A DNA stretch of 64,000 bases from Candidatus Hadarchaeales archaeon (GCA_038872135.1 JAVZGN010000003.1:31407-95406), one strand, 5' to 3'. Counted from the first letter of the stretch, positions 49,485 through 59,561 are shown. A program made the numbers and translations. The notes: generated by a model from the sequence alone, not told the origin.

Positions 49485-49989
49485 TCTCTTTCTCACCTCC
49501 GGCGCTTGGAGGAGTTGGCTCCTCGGTTTTCTGGAGGACCTTAATCAGCGGCTCCTCATCAATCGGCACCATGTAGCTTGGAACGCTAATTTTTTTCTCA
49601 CCGATCATCACCTTCCCATGGAGAATCATCTGCCTCGCCTGCAGCGGAGATTTCGCCAGCCCCTTCCTGTATACTACCGTCTGAAGATATCTTTCAAAGA
49701 TTTTCTCAACCGTGAGTCCAAGAGCATCGTCAAGAGTTGCATCCTTTTCCACTAGACCAAGCCGGTGGAGACGGGAAATCAGCTGTTTGGTTTCCTTCTC
49801 TGCTTGGGGACCGCTCTCCGCTAGGAGCCTTCTGGCCTGCCTCCGGAAACCCCTCAAAATAGTCTGGGCCCGCCATATTTCTCTCTTTCTCCTCAAACCA
49901 AACTGGGAGCGAAGTTTATCTTCGCGGTCCATCCTTTCCTTTTCCCAAGGATGCGCGGGCTTTACGTATTTCCTCCTCTGCCTCCTCAA
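49477..49989 (-). CDS. rps4: 30S ribosomal protein S4
   Basis: [29 protein letters not shown]. Confidence 0.95.
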   Translation of the reverse strand: MRRQRRKYVKPAHPWEKERMDREDKLRSQFGLRRKREIWRAQTILRGFRRQARRLLAESGPQAEKETKQLISRLHRLGLVEKDATLDDALGLTVEKIFERYLQTVVYRKGLAKSPLQARQMILHGKVMIGEKKISVPSYMVPIDEEPLIKVLQKTEEPTPPSAGGEKENV

Positions 49990-49999
49990 GTCTTCACCC

Positions 50000-50608
50000 T
50001 CACTCCTTCTTTTCCTCTTTCTTCGGTGCCTCGGTTTTGGCCGCCTTTTCCTTAGCGGCAGTCGGTTTTTCAGCCTTTGCTACCTCTTCCTTCTCGGCTT
50101 TCGGCTTTCCTTCCTTAGCTGCTTTTGGCTTCTCCTCTTTGGCCGCCTCCAACTTCGCTCTCGTCTCTTTTCTCATCACACCGACGGTCAGCCCTCTCCT
50201 CCCCGTGGTCCTAGTTCGCTGGCCCCTCACCGGAAGGCCAAGCTCGTGCCTGATACCCCTCCTGCTCCTTATCTTCCGCTCCCTCCCGATGTCTCCCTTC
50301 ACCGCCAAGGTAACGCCTGTTTCCACCAGCTGAATGTCTTCACCGCTTTCAACATCTTTCGGCCGGTTGAGCATCCATGAGGGGATTCCACTTTTTATCG
50401 GATCTTCGAGGACATTCTCTATTTTCTTGACATCTTCCGGGGCAAGTTCCCCGAGCTTCTTAAATGGATCAATACCCGCAGCATAAGCAACGGCCCGCCC
50501 GAGCATGACCCCCACTCCCTTCAGGTCTGCAAGAGCGAGGTAAGTGGGCTTCTCTCCCGACAGGTCTTTTCCCGCTATCCTAACTATATGCCTAAACTCT
50601 TCTGGCAT
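50000..50608 (-). CDS. rps13: 30S ribosomal protein S13 with K/E/A-rich C-terminal tail
   Basis: FRHIVRIAG, WMLNR, RGIRHELGLPVRGQRTRT. Confidence 0.95.
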   Translation of the reverse strand: MPEEFRHIVRIAGKDLSGEKPTYLALADLKGVGVMLGRAVAYAAGIDPFKKLGELAPEDVKKIENVLEDPIKSGIPSWMLNRPKDVESGEDIQLVETGVTLAVKGDIGRERKIRSRRGIRHELGLPVRGQRTRTTGRRGLTVGVMRKETRAKLEAAKEEKPKAAKEGKPKAEKEEVAKAEKPTAAKEKAAKTEAPKKEEKKE

Positions 50609-50773
50609 TCTAACCTTACCTATTTTCTCCTTTTGGGTTTTAAGCCTATTTTGCTTCGATAATTTCCATTTCTTCAGTAGCAGAACCGCACGAGTTTTCG
50701 CCAACCACTCCTATGAGTTTTTGGGTGCCAAAATTTTTAGAGAAGTGATATATGCGAGTTCATAGATTTTATC

Positions 50774-51679
50774 GTGATGATTATCTCCGGAAAACTAGGT
50801 AAAATTAAGGTGGGGGATGGGCAACCCGTTGTGCTGATGGGAGTCATAAATCTGAGCCCTGATTCCTTCTTTAGGGGCTCGATTTTTTTCCCCTCTCGCG
50901 CTGTGGAGAGGGCCTTAAAGCTGGTGGATGGTGGAGCTAAAATAATCGATATCGGGGCGATGGCTACTGGACCGAAGTCTGCGCCGGTCGATGAAAAGGT
51001 CGAGATAAGAAGGCTCATCCCGGCCATCAGGGCAATTTCGAGAAGGCTCGACGCGCCAATCTCCGTGGACACCCAGAGGTCAAGGGTGGCAGAGGAAGCC
51101 GTCGCGGCGGGAGCCGAGATAATCAACGATGTGAGCGGGATGAAAAATGACCTAGGGATGGCCGCAGTAGTGAAAAAATATGGGTGCTCAACCGTCCTGA
51201 TGGCCGCAGATAAATTCCCAGGCGATGTCTATACGATTCCGGCGATAAAGGAATCATTGATGAAGAGTTTGAAGATATGCGGGGAGGCTGGCGTTGACAT
51301 GAGGAGGGTTGTGGTCGATCCCGGGATTGGATTTTGGCCCGGAAGGCTGAAGAAGCTGGGGAAAAAAGTGGCGGCCCACATTGGTCGCTATTCCTATCCA
51401 GCTTTTCTGGATCTCGCCATCATTGCCAGATTGAAGGAGCTTCGCGAGCTAGGCAGGCCCATATGCGTTGGAATATCTAGAAAGTCCTTCATAGGCGAGA
51501 TCTGTGGTGAAAGAGATCCAGCGAAAAGACTCGCGGGTTCTCTGGCCGCCACCGCCATCGCCGTCGTGAACGGGGCGCACATGATAAGAACCCACGACCC
51601 TGCAGAAACTTCTCAGGCCGTGAAGGTGGCGGAAGCCCTGAAGACGGTGAGCGAAATGCCGGTGAAAAGTTTGAGATGA
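50774..51679 (+). CDS. folP: Dihydropteroate synthase
   Basis: MGVINLSPDSF, ISVDT, INDVSG, DPGIGF, SRKSF, RTHD. Confidence 0.9.
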   Translation: MMIISGKLGKIKVGDGQPVVLMGVINLSPDSFFRGSIFFPSRAVERALKLVDGGAKIIDIGAMATGPKSAPVDEKVEIRRLIPAIRAISRRLDAPISVDTQRSRVAEEAVAAGAEIINDVSGMKNDLGMAAVVKKYGCSTVLMAADKFPGDVYTIPAIKESLMKSLKICGEAGVDMRRVVVDPGIGFWPGRLKKLGKKVAAHIGRYSYPAFLDLAIIARLKELRELGRPICVGISRKSFIGEICGERDPAKRLAGSLAATAIAVVNGAHMIRTHDPAETSQAVKVAEALKTVSEMPVKSLR

Positions 51680-51714
51680 TTATTAAAATCCCCCTTCCAT
51701 TTAGATTGGAGCGG

Positions 51715-53505
51715 ATGTGTGGAATAATTGGATACATTGGCGCCAGAAATGCTGCTCCCATTCTCTTCGATGGGCTCAGGAGAATAGAGTACAGAGGGTA
51801 TGACTCTGCCGGCATAGCAACGGTTGAAGGGAAAATCTACGTGAAAAAGGATAAGGGAAAAATAGACGAAATTCACGCTAGGGTCAACTTCCTGGAACTT
51901 CCCGGAAAAATTGGAATCGGCCATACAAGATGGGCCACCCATGGCGAGCCCTCTCAAAAAAACGCCCACCCACATCTAGACTCCAGTGAAAGGGTGGCGG
52001 TAGTCCACAACGGCGTGATCGAAAACTACCTTGAGCTGAAACGCCGACTTGAGAAAGCCGGGTGTAGATTCTCATCGGAAACTGACACAGAGGTCATCCC
52101 AAATCTCATTGCCTACTTTATGAAGAAGGGAAGGACCCTCGAGGATGCCGTGAGGAGAGCTGCCCTTAAGCTCAGGGGGAGTTTTGCAATTGCTGTTGTG
52201 AGTGTGGCTGAGCCAGAAAAGATCATCTGCGTTAGAAAGGAGAGTCCCCTGATCATCGGAATTGGAAAGGGGGAGATGTTTCTTGCCTCAGACATCCCTG
52301 CTGTTCTTCCCTGGACGAAAAAAGTGATTGTTTTGGAGGACGGAGATATGGCAACGGTGAAAAGCGATGGCGTCGCGATAAAAAGCTACATCACCGGCAG
52401 GGTCGTGAGAAGGAGGCCGATGAAGGTCACCTGGACCATAGAGATGGCGGAAAAGGGGGGCTATCCCCATTTCACCCTAAAGGAGATATTTCAACAGCCG
52501 GATGCTGTGCGAGAGACGCTGCGGGCCGGAGAAAGGGAGATGAGCAGGTTGATCGACATGATGATGAAGGCAAAGAGGATTTATTTTGTTGCTTGCGGCA
52601 CCTCCTACCATGCGGCGCTCGTCGGGAAATATGCTTTGAAAAAACTCGCTAAGATCCCAGTAGAGGCGGTTATCTCTTCTGAGTTCCCGGAGAGCTGCCA
52701 TGTAGATGGAAAAACTCTTGTCTTAGCAATCACCCAATCGGGGGAGACTGCTGATACCTTGAGAGCTGCTAGGGTTGCAAAGGCTGGTGGGGCAAAACTC
52801 ACCTGTCTCACAAATGTCCTAGGGAGTTCAATAACGAGGGAGAGTGATCTCTCCCTTTACACATTCGCGGGCCCAGAAGTCAGTGTCGTGGCAACAAAAA
52901 CATTCGCGGCGCAAGTAGCATTTCTCCTCCTCCTCTCTGTCCGTGCTGCTCTGAGAAAAGGGATAAAGGCAAAAAAGCTTGAAAGAGAACTTTTCGAACT
53001 TCCAGAACTCATCAAAAAAGCCTTGAAGGATGTGGCTCCTTGGGCAAAGAAATTTGCAGAAAAACTCTGGAGGGCAAAAGATATTTACCTCATCGGGAGG
53101 GGGATAGGCCTTCCCGTGGTGCTCGAAGGTGCTCTAAAACTGAAGGAAATCACATACATTCATGCCGAAGGCATGCCTGCAGGAGAACTCAAACACGGAA
53201 CGCTCGCTCTGATAGAAGAGGGGACTCCTCTCCTTGCTGTTGTTCCTCCGGGCGAAACCAGAGAAAAGATGATAGGAAACATTGAGGAAGTGAGGGCAAG
53301 AGGGGCCGAAGTGGTAATCTTCTGTAGCGATGAGGAGATGAGAGAGCATGCTCGAGAAGTAGTGATCCTGCCAAAAACCGATGAACTTTTATCTCCTCTT
53401 CTATATATCCTACCCTTCCAGCTCCTTGCTTACTACATTTGTGTTAAGAGAGGGCAGGACCCAGACAAGCCGCGCTCTCTCGCAAAATCCGTCACAGTTC
53501 TCTAG
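51715..53505 (+). CDS. glmS: Glutamine--fructose-6-phosphate aminotransferase
   Basis: MCGIIG, GHTRWATHG, TQSGETAD, ELKHG, PRSLAKSVT. Confidence 0.96.
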   Translation: MCGIIGYIGARNAAPILFDGLRRIEYRGYDSAGIATVEGKIYVKKDKGKIDEIHARVNFLELPGKIGIGHTRWATHGEPSQKNAHPHLDSSERVAVVHNGVIENYLELKRRLEKAGCRFSSETDTEVIPNLIAYFMKKGRTLEDAVRRAALKLRGSFAIAVVSVAEPEKIICVRKESPLIIGIGKGEMFLASDIPAVLPWTKKVIVLEDGDMATVKSDGVAIKSYITGRVVRRRPMKVTWTIEMAEKGGYPHFTLKEIFQQPDAVRETLRAGEREMSRLIDMMMKAKRIYFVACGTSYHAALVGKYALKKLAKIPVEAVISSEFPESCHVDGKTLVLAITQSGETADTLRAARVAKAGGAKLTCLTNVLGSSITRESDLSLYTFAGPEVSVVATKTFAAQVAFLLLLSVRAALRKGIKAKKLERELFELPELIKKALKDVAPWAKKFAEKLWRAKDIYLIGRGIGLPVVLEGALKLKEITYIHAEGMPAGELKHGTLALIEEGTPLLAVVPPGETREKMIGNIEEVRARGAEVVIFCSDEEMREHAREVVILPKTDELLSPLLYILPFQLLAYYICVKRGQDPDKPRSLAKSVTVL

Positions 53506-54098
53506 CCCAGAAGTTCTCCGGCTAGTTTTCCCGCCTTTATCCTGTCCCACTGCTGCTTTGTCATTATCTGAAGCTGCGTTCCAAAGTGGCTCTTGTACTG
53601 TGGGTATGGCATTACTGTGAAGCCGTAGGTCACGAAAAGTTTTCTGCTCCCAATTGGGCTTTCGGCACTCGCTTCAACCTTTTCAACTCCAAGAACATCA
53701 AAGTAGTGCTCGAGCTTGCATGGCCAGAGATAGGCTCCAATCTGAAGGCCGCGCTTTAATGTGGTGGTGTGAAGGCTGCATCCAGTCTTTGGGTCTCTAA
53801 GTACACCGTTAGTGACTCCCACGATTTCACCATTCACCTCTCCGACAAGGTTGAAGTGGCTTTCGGGTGGACATCCCCAGATGGGCCTGTTTTCACGCCA
53901 GAGATAAAGCTCCGTGATTATTTCTGATGTAACTAGGTCGAAAAGATCCTGGTGGTATGTCACATTCTTTATCAGGGCATCGGCGACCCTCTCGACTTCA
54001 TCTTTTCTCTGCGAGCGCACGATCATCTCGTCTCCGTTTGGCAAGGTTATTCTCCTTCCCGGATAGGGCTTCATCACTTTGCTCCAGTCAACCTCCAT
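53502..54098 (-). CDS. GNAT-fold-like protein of unknown function
   Basis: LVGEVNGEIVG, RGLQIG, and LF..YGF resemble GNAT elements. Confidence 0.55.
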   Translation of the reverse strand: MEVDWSKVMKPYPGRRITLPNGDEMIVRSQRKDEVERVADALIKNVTYHQDLFDLVTSEIITELYLWRENRPIWGCPPESHFNLVGEVNGEIVGVTNGVLRDPKTGCSLHTTTLKRGLQIGAYLWPCKLEHYFDVLGVEKVEASAESPIGSRKLFVTYGFTVMPYPQYKSHFGTQLQIMTKQQWDRIKAGKLAGELLG

Positions 54099-54137
54099 TT
54101 TTATCCCCTTTACTTTCTCTCCACGTATTTTTATGTG

Positions 54138-54473
54138 TTACTTGGGCTCAAACCTGAAACCGTAGATTTCCTTTCCCCTGAGCATTCTGAGCCGGCCCCA
54201 CACAGGCTTGACCTTCATCCCCGTTTTTGGGTTATCAGAGAGAATTTGTCCGAGGACTTTCACCCCCCCGAAATCTGCAATTCCAAGGGTTAGGGGAGGC
54301 ATCTCTATTCCTTCAGGAGGGGCGTAAAGCTTTGTCCATGTCACAACAGTTCCCTCTTCAGGCAATGGAACTTCCTCTATTTCTGTCCCCTTACAGGAGA
54401 GACATCTGTCGTGTTTTGGAAACATTCTCCTCCCGCATGATTTGCACCTGTAAGCTATCCATTTCTGCTCCAT
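54138..54473 (-). CDS. DUF35 Zn-ribbon/OB-fold protein
   Basis: CKSCG...CLSC, GTVVTWT, GMKV. Confidence 0.9.
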   Translation of the reverse strand: MEQKWIAYRCKSCGRRMFPKHDRCLSCKGTEIEEVPLPEEGTVVTWTKLYAPPEGIEMPPLTLGIADFGGVKVLGQILSDNPKTGMKVKPVWGRLRMLRGKEIYGFRFEPK

Positions 54474-54474
54474 T

Positions 54475-55635
54475 TCACCAACCTCTCTCCAGAATATGAA
54501 TCACAGTGTTATTCCCAAAGCCTCCAAAGTTACACGCCAGCGCTCTCTTTGGATCCTTCACCTGCCTTTCCCCGCATTCCCCCCTCAGTTGCCACACCAG
54601 TTCCACCACTTGGGCGAGGCCGGTGGCTCCGACGGCATGCCCCCTAGCTTTCAGCCCTCCCGATGGATTTATCGGCAGCCTCCCGGTTAGAGTGGTTTCG
54701 CCTCTCTCCACGGCGAGGTGGGCCTTCCCCTTCTCAAAGAAGCCTATGTCCTCGCTCTCGACCAGTTCAAGAATCTCAAAAGCATCGTGAACTTCAGCAA
54801 CATTTATCTGCTCTGGAGTCGTTCCGGCCATCTTAAATGCCTGTTGGGCAGCTATCCTAACCGACTTCAAAACTGCAGGATCCTCCCTTTCCTGCACAGC
54901 CTGGACATCGGTTGCATGGCCAAAGCCGGCGATTCTAACTGGTTTGTCCGTGAACTTCTTGGCTTTCTCCAGTGGGCATAGAACCACCGCTGCAGCACCA
55001 TCGCTTATCGGGCAGACATAATAGAGGCGGAGCGGGTCTGAAACCATCCCAGAACTCATCGCCCCCTCAACCGTGCATGCCCTCTGGATGTGGGCATATG
55101 GGTTCTTCAGGGCGTTTGCATGGTTTTTCACGGCGACCATTGCCAGATGTCGTTCAGTGAGTCCATAGCGCTCCATGTAGATTCTCGTGAGCATGGCCCC
55201 CATCGCGGGGAGGGTCGTGCCGTGGATGTACTCTGCCGTGGGATGGAGCATCGTTGCAACATAGTCTGTGATGATGTCGGTGTCAACAGAAGTCATCTTG
55301 TCCCCGCCGGCCACAAGAACCATGTCGTAAAAGCCAGATGCCACTGCCATGAATGCATTTTTAAGGGCAGAGCCTCCTGCCGCTGGACCATTCTCTAGGC
55401 GTTCGGCCGCCGCCGGGATCAGATTTATCCTGTCAACGAGGGAACTCGCCACGGCCGTCTGCATCGCGGTTTCTCCGGCGAACATGCTTGAAACATAAAC
55501 TGCGTCGAAATCTTCCTTCTCCGCTTTCGCATCTTTTATCGCTGAAAGGGAGGCCTCAGCCAGCATCGTGATCAGGTCCTCTGGCCTCCTCCCGAACTTG
55601 ATCATCCCGGCTCCAATTATTGCTACATCTCTCAT
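54475..55635 (-). CDS. Thiolase-fold (SCP2-type) protein lacking the N-terminal nucleophilic Cys
   Basis: VAIIGAG, NPYA, SDGAAA, EVHDAF, NPSGGL..GH..GATG; ENGPAAG where ExACASG is expected. Confidence 0.85.
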   Translation of the reverse strand: MRDVAIIGAGMIKFGRRPEDLITMLAEASLSAIKDAKAEKEDFDAVYVSSMFAGETAMQTAVASSLVDRINLIPAAAERLENGPAAGGSALKNAFMAVASGFYDMVLVAGGDKMTSVDTDIITDYVATMLHPTAEYIHGTTLPAMGAMLTRIYMERYGLTERHLAMVAVKNHANALKNPYAHIQRACTVEGAMSSGMVSDPLRLYYVCPISDGAAAVVLCPLEKAKKFTDKPVRIAGFGHATDVQAVQEREDPAVLKSVRIAAQQAFKMAGTTPEQINVAEVHDAFEILELVESEDIGFFEKGKAHLAVERGETTLTGRLPINPSGGLKARGHAVGATGLAQVVELVWQLRGECGERQVKDPKRALACNFGGFGNNTVIHILERGW

Positions 55636-55719
55636 CTGCTCCACAATTTTTCGGTTGCCCTCCATAAAAACATGGTGCAGCAAATTTTTACCCTAGATTG
55701 AAGAGAGAAGCTTGATGAA

Positions 55720-56088
55720 ATGGAAATCCTCCAACAGCTCTCCATCATTGTTCTTGGGGCAATATTCCTGAGTGTGATTGGAGTGCTTTTCATCCAGTAC
55801 CAGGAGGCAACGGCCGAGCACAGATTTTTTTCCCAGCTAAATGATTTGGCGGGGGTCATATCGGGGATGGGGAGCAGGGACATCGGCTCGGTGGAGTTCT
55901 TCAACATCGATGTGCCCAGCGGCTGGAGGGTTAGCTTTCAAACAAACTCGATATTCGTGAGAAGAAATGGTGAAACAGAAAATATTTTTGTAGGAATTGA
56001 GGTTGCTGGGGATGAGATTTTTGGCGGAAGCTTTGGGCTGAAAGTCACCAGAACGGAGAATGGAGTTGAGGTGAGGATCTATGGATAG
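55720..56088 (+). CDS. Pilin-like/membrane-anchored hypothetical protein
   Basis: N-terminal hydrophobic helix followed by a beta-rich domain. Confidence 0.55.
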   Translation: MEILQQLSIIVLGAIFLSVIGVLFIQYQEATAEHRFFSQLNDLAGVISGMGSRDIGSVEFFNIDVPSGWRVSFQTNSIFVRRNGETENIFVGIEVAGDEIFGGSFGLKVTRTENGVEVRIYG

Positions 56089-57097
56089 GCTTGGCGCTCA
56101 CACCTTCCCTCTTCTCGTCGTCTTTGGAGTTTTCCTCGCTTTCCTCCTTACAACCGTCTTCATTTCCATCTACAATCAGCAGCTCTATGCTAGGATGGAG
56201 GACGAGGCCAACCACCTCGCAGAGACCCTTTCAAAAACTGCATTCCAGGCGCTCGCTTCTTCAAGTCTCGCGTCTGTCGATTTACCAGCCACGCTCGGAG
56301 GGAGTGAGTACACTCTGGAGGTGGAGGAAAACGCGATGTTTGTCTTGAGGATAATCTCTGGGAGGGGAGCTGGCAACGTCTACTCCACTAGGACAAACAT
56401 ACTCCTTGACGTTGAAAACAAGGAATTCAGGCCGGGGGGAAAAATTTTCTTCTATGGAGGTGGAGACAAGGTGATAGTCAGCGCCTCTCCAATTCAAGGC
56501 GTTATTGCCCCATTATCTCCAGCGACCAGCCAAACTCCGCCGCAATTCTACTTCTTTGCAAAGAAAAATCCAAAGGAAGCGGCAGGGATATCTGCGGTTT
56601 TCTTCGCGAAGGCTGGTGGGGAAAATACAGACATCGTGGGATACTCCTGGGAAAATGGAAAGCTCATTGTCCGCGGAATGGTAGACAACGACTATTTCCT
56701 GGCTGGCGTCGACTTCGAGGAAAATCTCCTTAAGGTCGGAAAGGTCGATAGAGCATGGGTTGTCGTTAGGGTTGAAAATACCTTCGGTGCTGCCGAGAAC
56801 TCCTACCCCTCAATAGAAAATGCATATGAGGAAGGGTGGGTATACTCCCCAGCAGATGTCCTGCAGCACCTGAGATCCAGAACCTGGAGGAGAGCTTCGG
56901 ACGAGCAAATAATTTCAGTTCCTGGGGATGCTGAAATCCGCGCAGCCGCCGTTGCCACAAATGTTTCGACGTATCCTGCCTGGAGGATAACATTTGAAAA
57001 TCAGATAATTTACTACCGGCTGATGCCCTGGTGGGAAAAGGAGAATGAAGCTGGTTTTCTTTTCCAGTCACTCCCTGAGCTCTATCCTGTGATCTAA
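56081..57097 (+). CDS. Putative class III signal peptide (pilin-like) protein
   Basis: MDRLG|AHTF followed by a hydrophobic stretch. Confidence 0.55.
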   Translation: MDRLGAHTFPLLVVFGVFLAFLLTTVFISIYNQQLYARMEDEANHLAETLSKTAFQALASSSLASVDLPATLGGSEYTLEVEENAMFVLRIISGRGAGNVYSTRTNILLDVENKEFRPGGKIFFYGGGDKVIVSASPIQGVIAPLSPATSQTPPQFYFFAKKNPKEAAGISAVFFAKAGGENTDIVGYSWENGKLIVRGMVDNDYFLAGVDFEENLLKVGKVDRAWVVVRVENTFGAAENSYPSIENAYEEGWVYSPADVLQHLRSRTWRRASDEQIISVPGDAEIRAAAVATNVSTYPAWRITFENQIIYYRLMPWWEKENEAGFLFQSLPELYPVI

Positions 57098-58317
57098 AAG
57101 AGTTCTACTTTCACCACTTCACCTTTTTTCACTCCCTCCTTCCGCTCATCAATGATGAAAAATCCATCCGCAGAGGTCATTGAAGTCAAAATTCCTGAAC
57201 CACCGCTCATGATGGGCTCAGCTTCACCCTTCTCGCTTATTTTTACCCTGACAACATCTGCCCTTCCAAGGGATGATGCAACATCTCTCGTCACTCTGGC
57301 CCTAACTGTGATCTTCCCATATTCCGGATTGCGGCCTTGCATCAGATTCAACGCTGGCTGGACGAGAACTCTGAAAGAGATCAGGGCCGCCACTGGAAAT
57401 CCAGGGAGGGAGAAAACGGGCTTTCCTCTCACCAGGCCAAAGCCGGCAGGGCCTCCAGGCCTCAGCGATACTCCATGGAAGAGAAGTTTGCCTATCTCAG
57501 AAATAGCCCTTGGAACAAAATCCCGCTCGCCGACAGAAGTCCCCCCAGAAATTACCACCGCATCATTGCGAATTGCTCGCTCTATAGACTCCTTTATCTC
57601 CTCCACATCATCTCCGACTCTGGCGGTAATCTCCGGAATTCCTCCAGCCTCTTTCACGGCTGCAAGGAGGGAGAAGGAGTCGATGTCAGGAAGCTCTCCA
57701 GACCTCAGTTCAGCCAACGGATCGACTATCTCTTTGCCAGTGGAGATTATAGCAACCCTAGGTTTCCTGACGACCAAAATCTTAGAACAACCGACCGCGG
57801 CCAAAAGCCCCACATCTTGGGGTCGCAGAGTTCTTCCCTTCTCAAGGATCCTTTCACCGGCCTTCACATCCTCTCCCCTTTTCGAAACATTTTTTCCGGG
57901 GGTTACTGGGGCATAAATCTCGACCATCTCCCCGACTGCTTTTGCTTGCTCTAGTGGGATCACGGAGTCTGCTCCCGGCGGAAGAGGGGCTCCGGTGGCT
58001 ATCTTCACAGCCTTCCCCTTAGAGACCTCGCATCTTGGTCTGGAACCCGGTAGAATTTTTCCAATTACCCTCAGCTTTACTGGTCTCGCTGGTGATGCTC
58101 TGAAGGTGTCAGAGGCTACCACAGCAAAGCCATCGACGGCAGAGCGGTTGAATGGTGGAACGTCTCTTTTAGCAACAACATCTTCAGCCAGAACCCTTCC
58201 CACAGCATCCCTCAGAGAAACACTCTCAGATGAAAGCGATCGCACATTTGATAGGACAATTTTTAGTGCCTGCTTCCATGGAAGATACTCTTTAAAACCG
58301 CGCCCTCTGACGGACAT
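57094..58317 (-). CDS. moeA: Molybdopterin molybdotransferase
   Basis: PPFNRSAVDGFA, TGAPLP, STGKE, SGGTSVG, LPGFP. Confidence 0.94.
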   Translation of the reverse strand: MSVRGRGFKEYLPWKQALKIVLSNVRSLSSESVSLRDAVGRVLAEDVVAKRDVPPFNRSAVDGFAVVASDTFRASPARPVKLRVIGKILPGSRPRCEVSKGKAVKIATGAPLPPGADSVIPLEQAKAVGEMVEIYAPVTPGKNVSKRGEDVKAGERILEKGRTLRPQDVGLLAAVGCSKILVVRKPRVAIISTGKEIVDPLAELRSGELPDIDSFSLLAAVKEAGGIPEITARVGDDVEEIKESIERAIRNDAVVISGGTSVGERDFVPRAISEIGKLLFHGVSLRPGGPAGFGLVRGKPVFSLPGFPVAALISFRVLVQPALNLMQGRNPEYGKITVRARVTRDVASSLGRADVVRVKISEKGEAEPIMSGGSGILTSMTSADGFFIIDERKEGVKKGEVVKVELF

Positions 58318-58833
58318 TCACTCACTCGCATGCATCACTAGGTGAGGAAGATCTGGAAGGATAAGCTTCAGAGCTTCCTTAACGGCATTGGGGGCTCCCG
58401 GAAGACAAAAGACCGGCTTGCATTTTATCGTCCCCGCAGAAGCTCTGGTGAGAAGGGCTGGTGTTCCAACCTTCTCATAGCCGATTCTTCTGAGAATTTC
58501 CCCGAAGCCGGGAAGGGACTTTTCATACATTGGCTCCACAGTTTCAATTGTAACATCCCTCCTCGCAACCCCTGTCCCCCCGGAGATGATGATTGCGTGG
58601 ATGTCTTTCCTCTTCAGAAACTCCCGAAGCTTTTTCACTATCTCCCTTCTCTCATCTGGAACTATCGCCCGGACGGTAAAATGTCCGGCTTTTCTAGCTC
58701 TCGCCTCAATCAACTTACCGGAGACATCGATGTCCCTCCCTTCTTTAAGAGCCTTCGCTCTCGTATCGCTCACGACTAGAACAGCGATTCCAAGCTTTTT
58801 CTGTGCCCTCTTTCTGTGCTCCTCGAAGCTCAT
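58318..58833 (-). CDS. moaB: MoaB/MogA molybdopterin adenylyltransferase
   Basis: VSD, SGGTG...RDVTIE, LPGFGE, LPGAPNA. Confidence 0.92.
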   Translation of the reverse strand: MSFEEHRKRAQKKLGIAVLVVSDTRAKALKEGRDIDVSGKLIEARARKAGHFTVRAIVPDERREIVKKLREFLKRKDIHAIIISGGTGVARRDVTIETVEPMYEKSLPGFGEILRRIGYEKVGTPALLTRASAGTIKCKPVFCLPGAPNAVKEALKLILPDLPHLVMHASE

Positions 58834-59264
58834 CCTTTCACCTTTTCCAATACTCTGATCTCTTCGATTCTTGTTTCCGGATATTGCCCTCGCTCATCTT
58901 TCTCAAGCCCCTTCACCATGTCCCAGATCGTGAGAAGGGCGCATGCCACCCCAGTAAGCGCTTCCATCTCCACCCCCGTCTTCCCTGTGCTCCTCACCTC
59001 CACAACTCCTCTGATCCCATCCTTTTCCAGGGTTAGCTCAACCTCCGCGCCGGTAATTGGGATGGGGTGGGTGAGGGGGATGATCTCTGGAACCTTTTTG
59101 ATTGCGAGAATTGCAGCAGTCTTAGCAACCTCTAGAACATCCCCCTTTTCTATTTTCCCCCGCCTGATTTTTTCTATAGTTTCTTTTTTCAGCTTGATGT
59201 AGCCGCTCGCCCTTGCCACCCTCACCACCTCGGGCTTGGGTGTGATGTCAACCATCTTTGCCAT
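58830..59264 (-). CDS. moaC: Cyclic pyranopterin monophosphate synthase
   Basis: MVDIT.K, KGDVL, IPLTHP, TGVEMEALTG, IWDMVK. Confidence 0.95.
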   Translation of the reverse strand: MAKMVDITPKPEVVRVARASGYIKLKKETIEKIRRGKIEKGDVLEVAKTAAILAIKKVPEIIPLTHPIPITGAEVELTLEKDGIRGVVEVRSTGKTGVEMEALTGVACALLTIWDMVKGLEKDERGQYPETRIEEIRVLEKVKG

Positions 59265-59282
59265 CAGTTCACCGGAAAAAGC

Positions 59283-59561
59283 CTAGTAATACATGGGGTT
59301 GTGAACGTGCGCGTCTATGTGCGTCCAGGCGAGGGTTTTTCCAAGCCTCATCCTTTTTATCTTGCCAAAACTTTCAAGCCGTTTCAAAACAAAATTAACG
59401 TCCTTGACCTTCCAGTTCAGGATCCTAGCTATGTCTCTGGCGCTCAGCATGCCGAATTTTCTCAAGATATATTCAACTACCTCGTATCTCGCATTCTCTA
59501 GCCAGTCCTCTTCGAATTCTTCCTCTTCTTCTTCCTCGATCGAGTAGGGGAATTCCTGGAT
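59283..59561 (-). CDS. Small wHTH protein with acidic N-terminus; start uncertain (ATC at 59561 or TTG at 59465)
   Basis: LSARDIARIL...VNFVLKRLE..GKI HTH pattern; the frame stays open upstream through a poly-Glu tract. Confidence 0.55.
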   Translation of the reverse strand: MQEFPYSIEEEEEEEFEEDWLENARYEVVEYILRKFGMLSARDIARILNWKVKDVNFVLKRLESFGKIKRMRLGKTLAWTHIDAHVHNPMYY

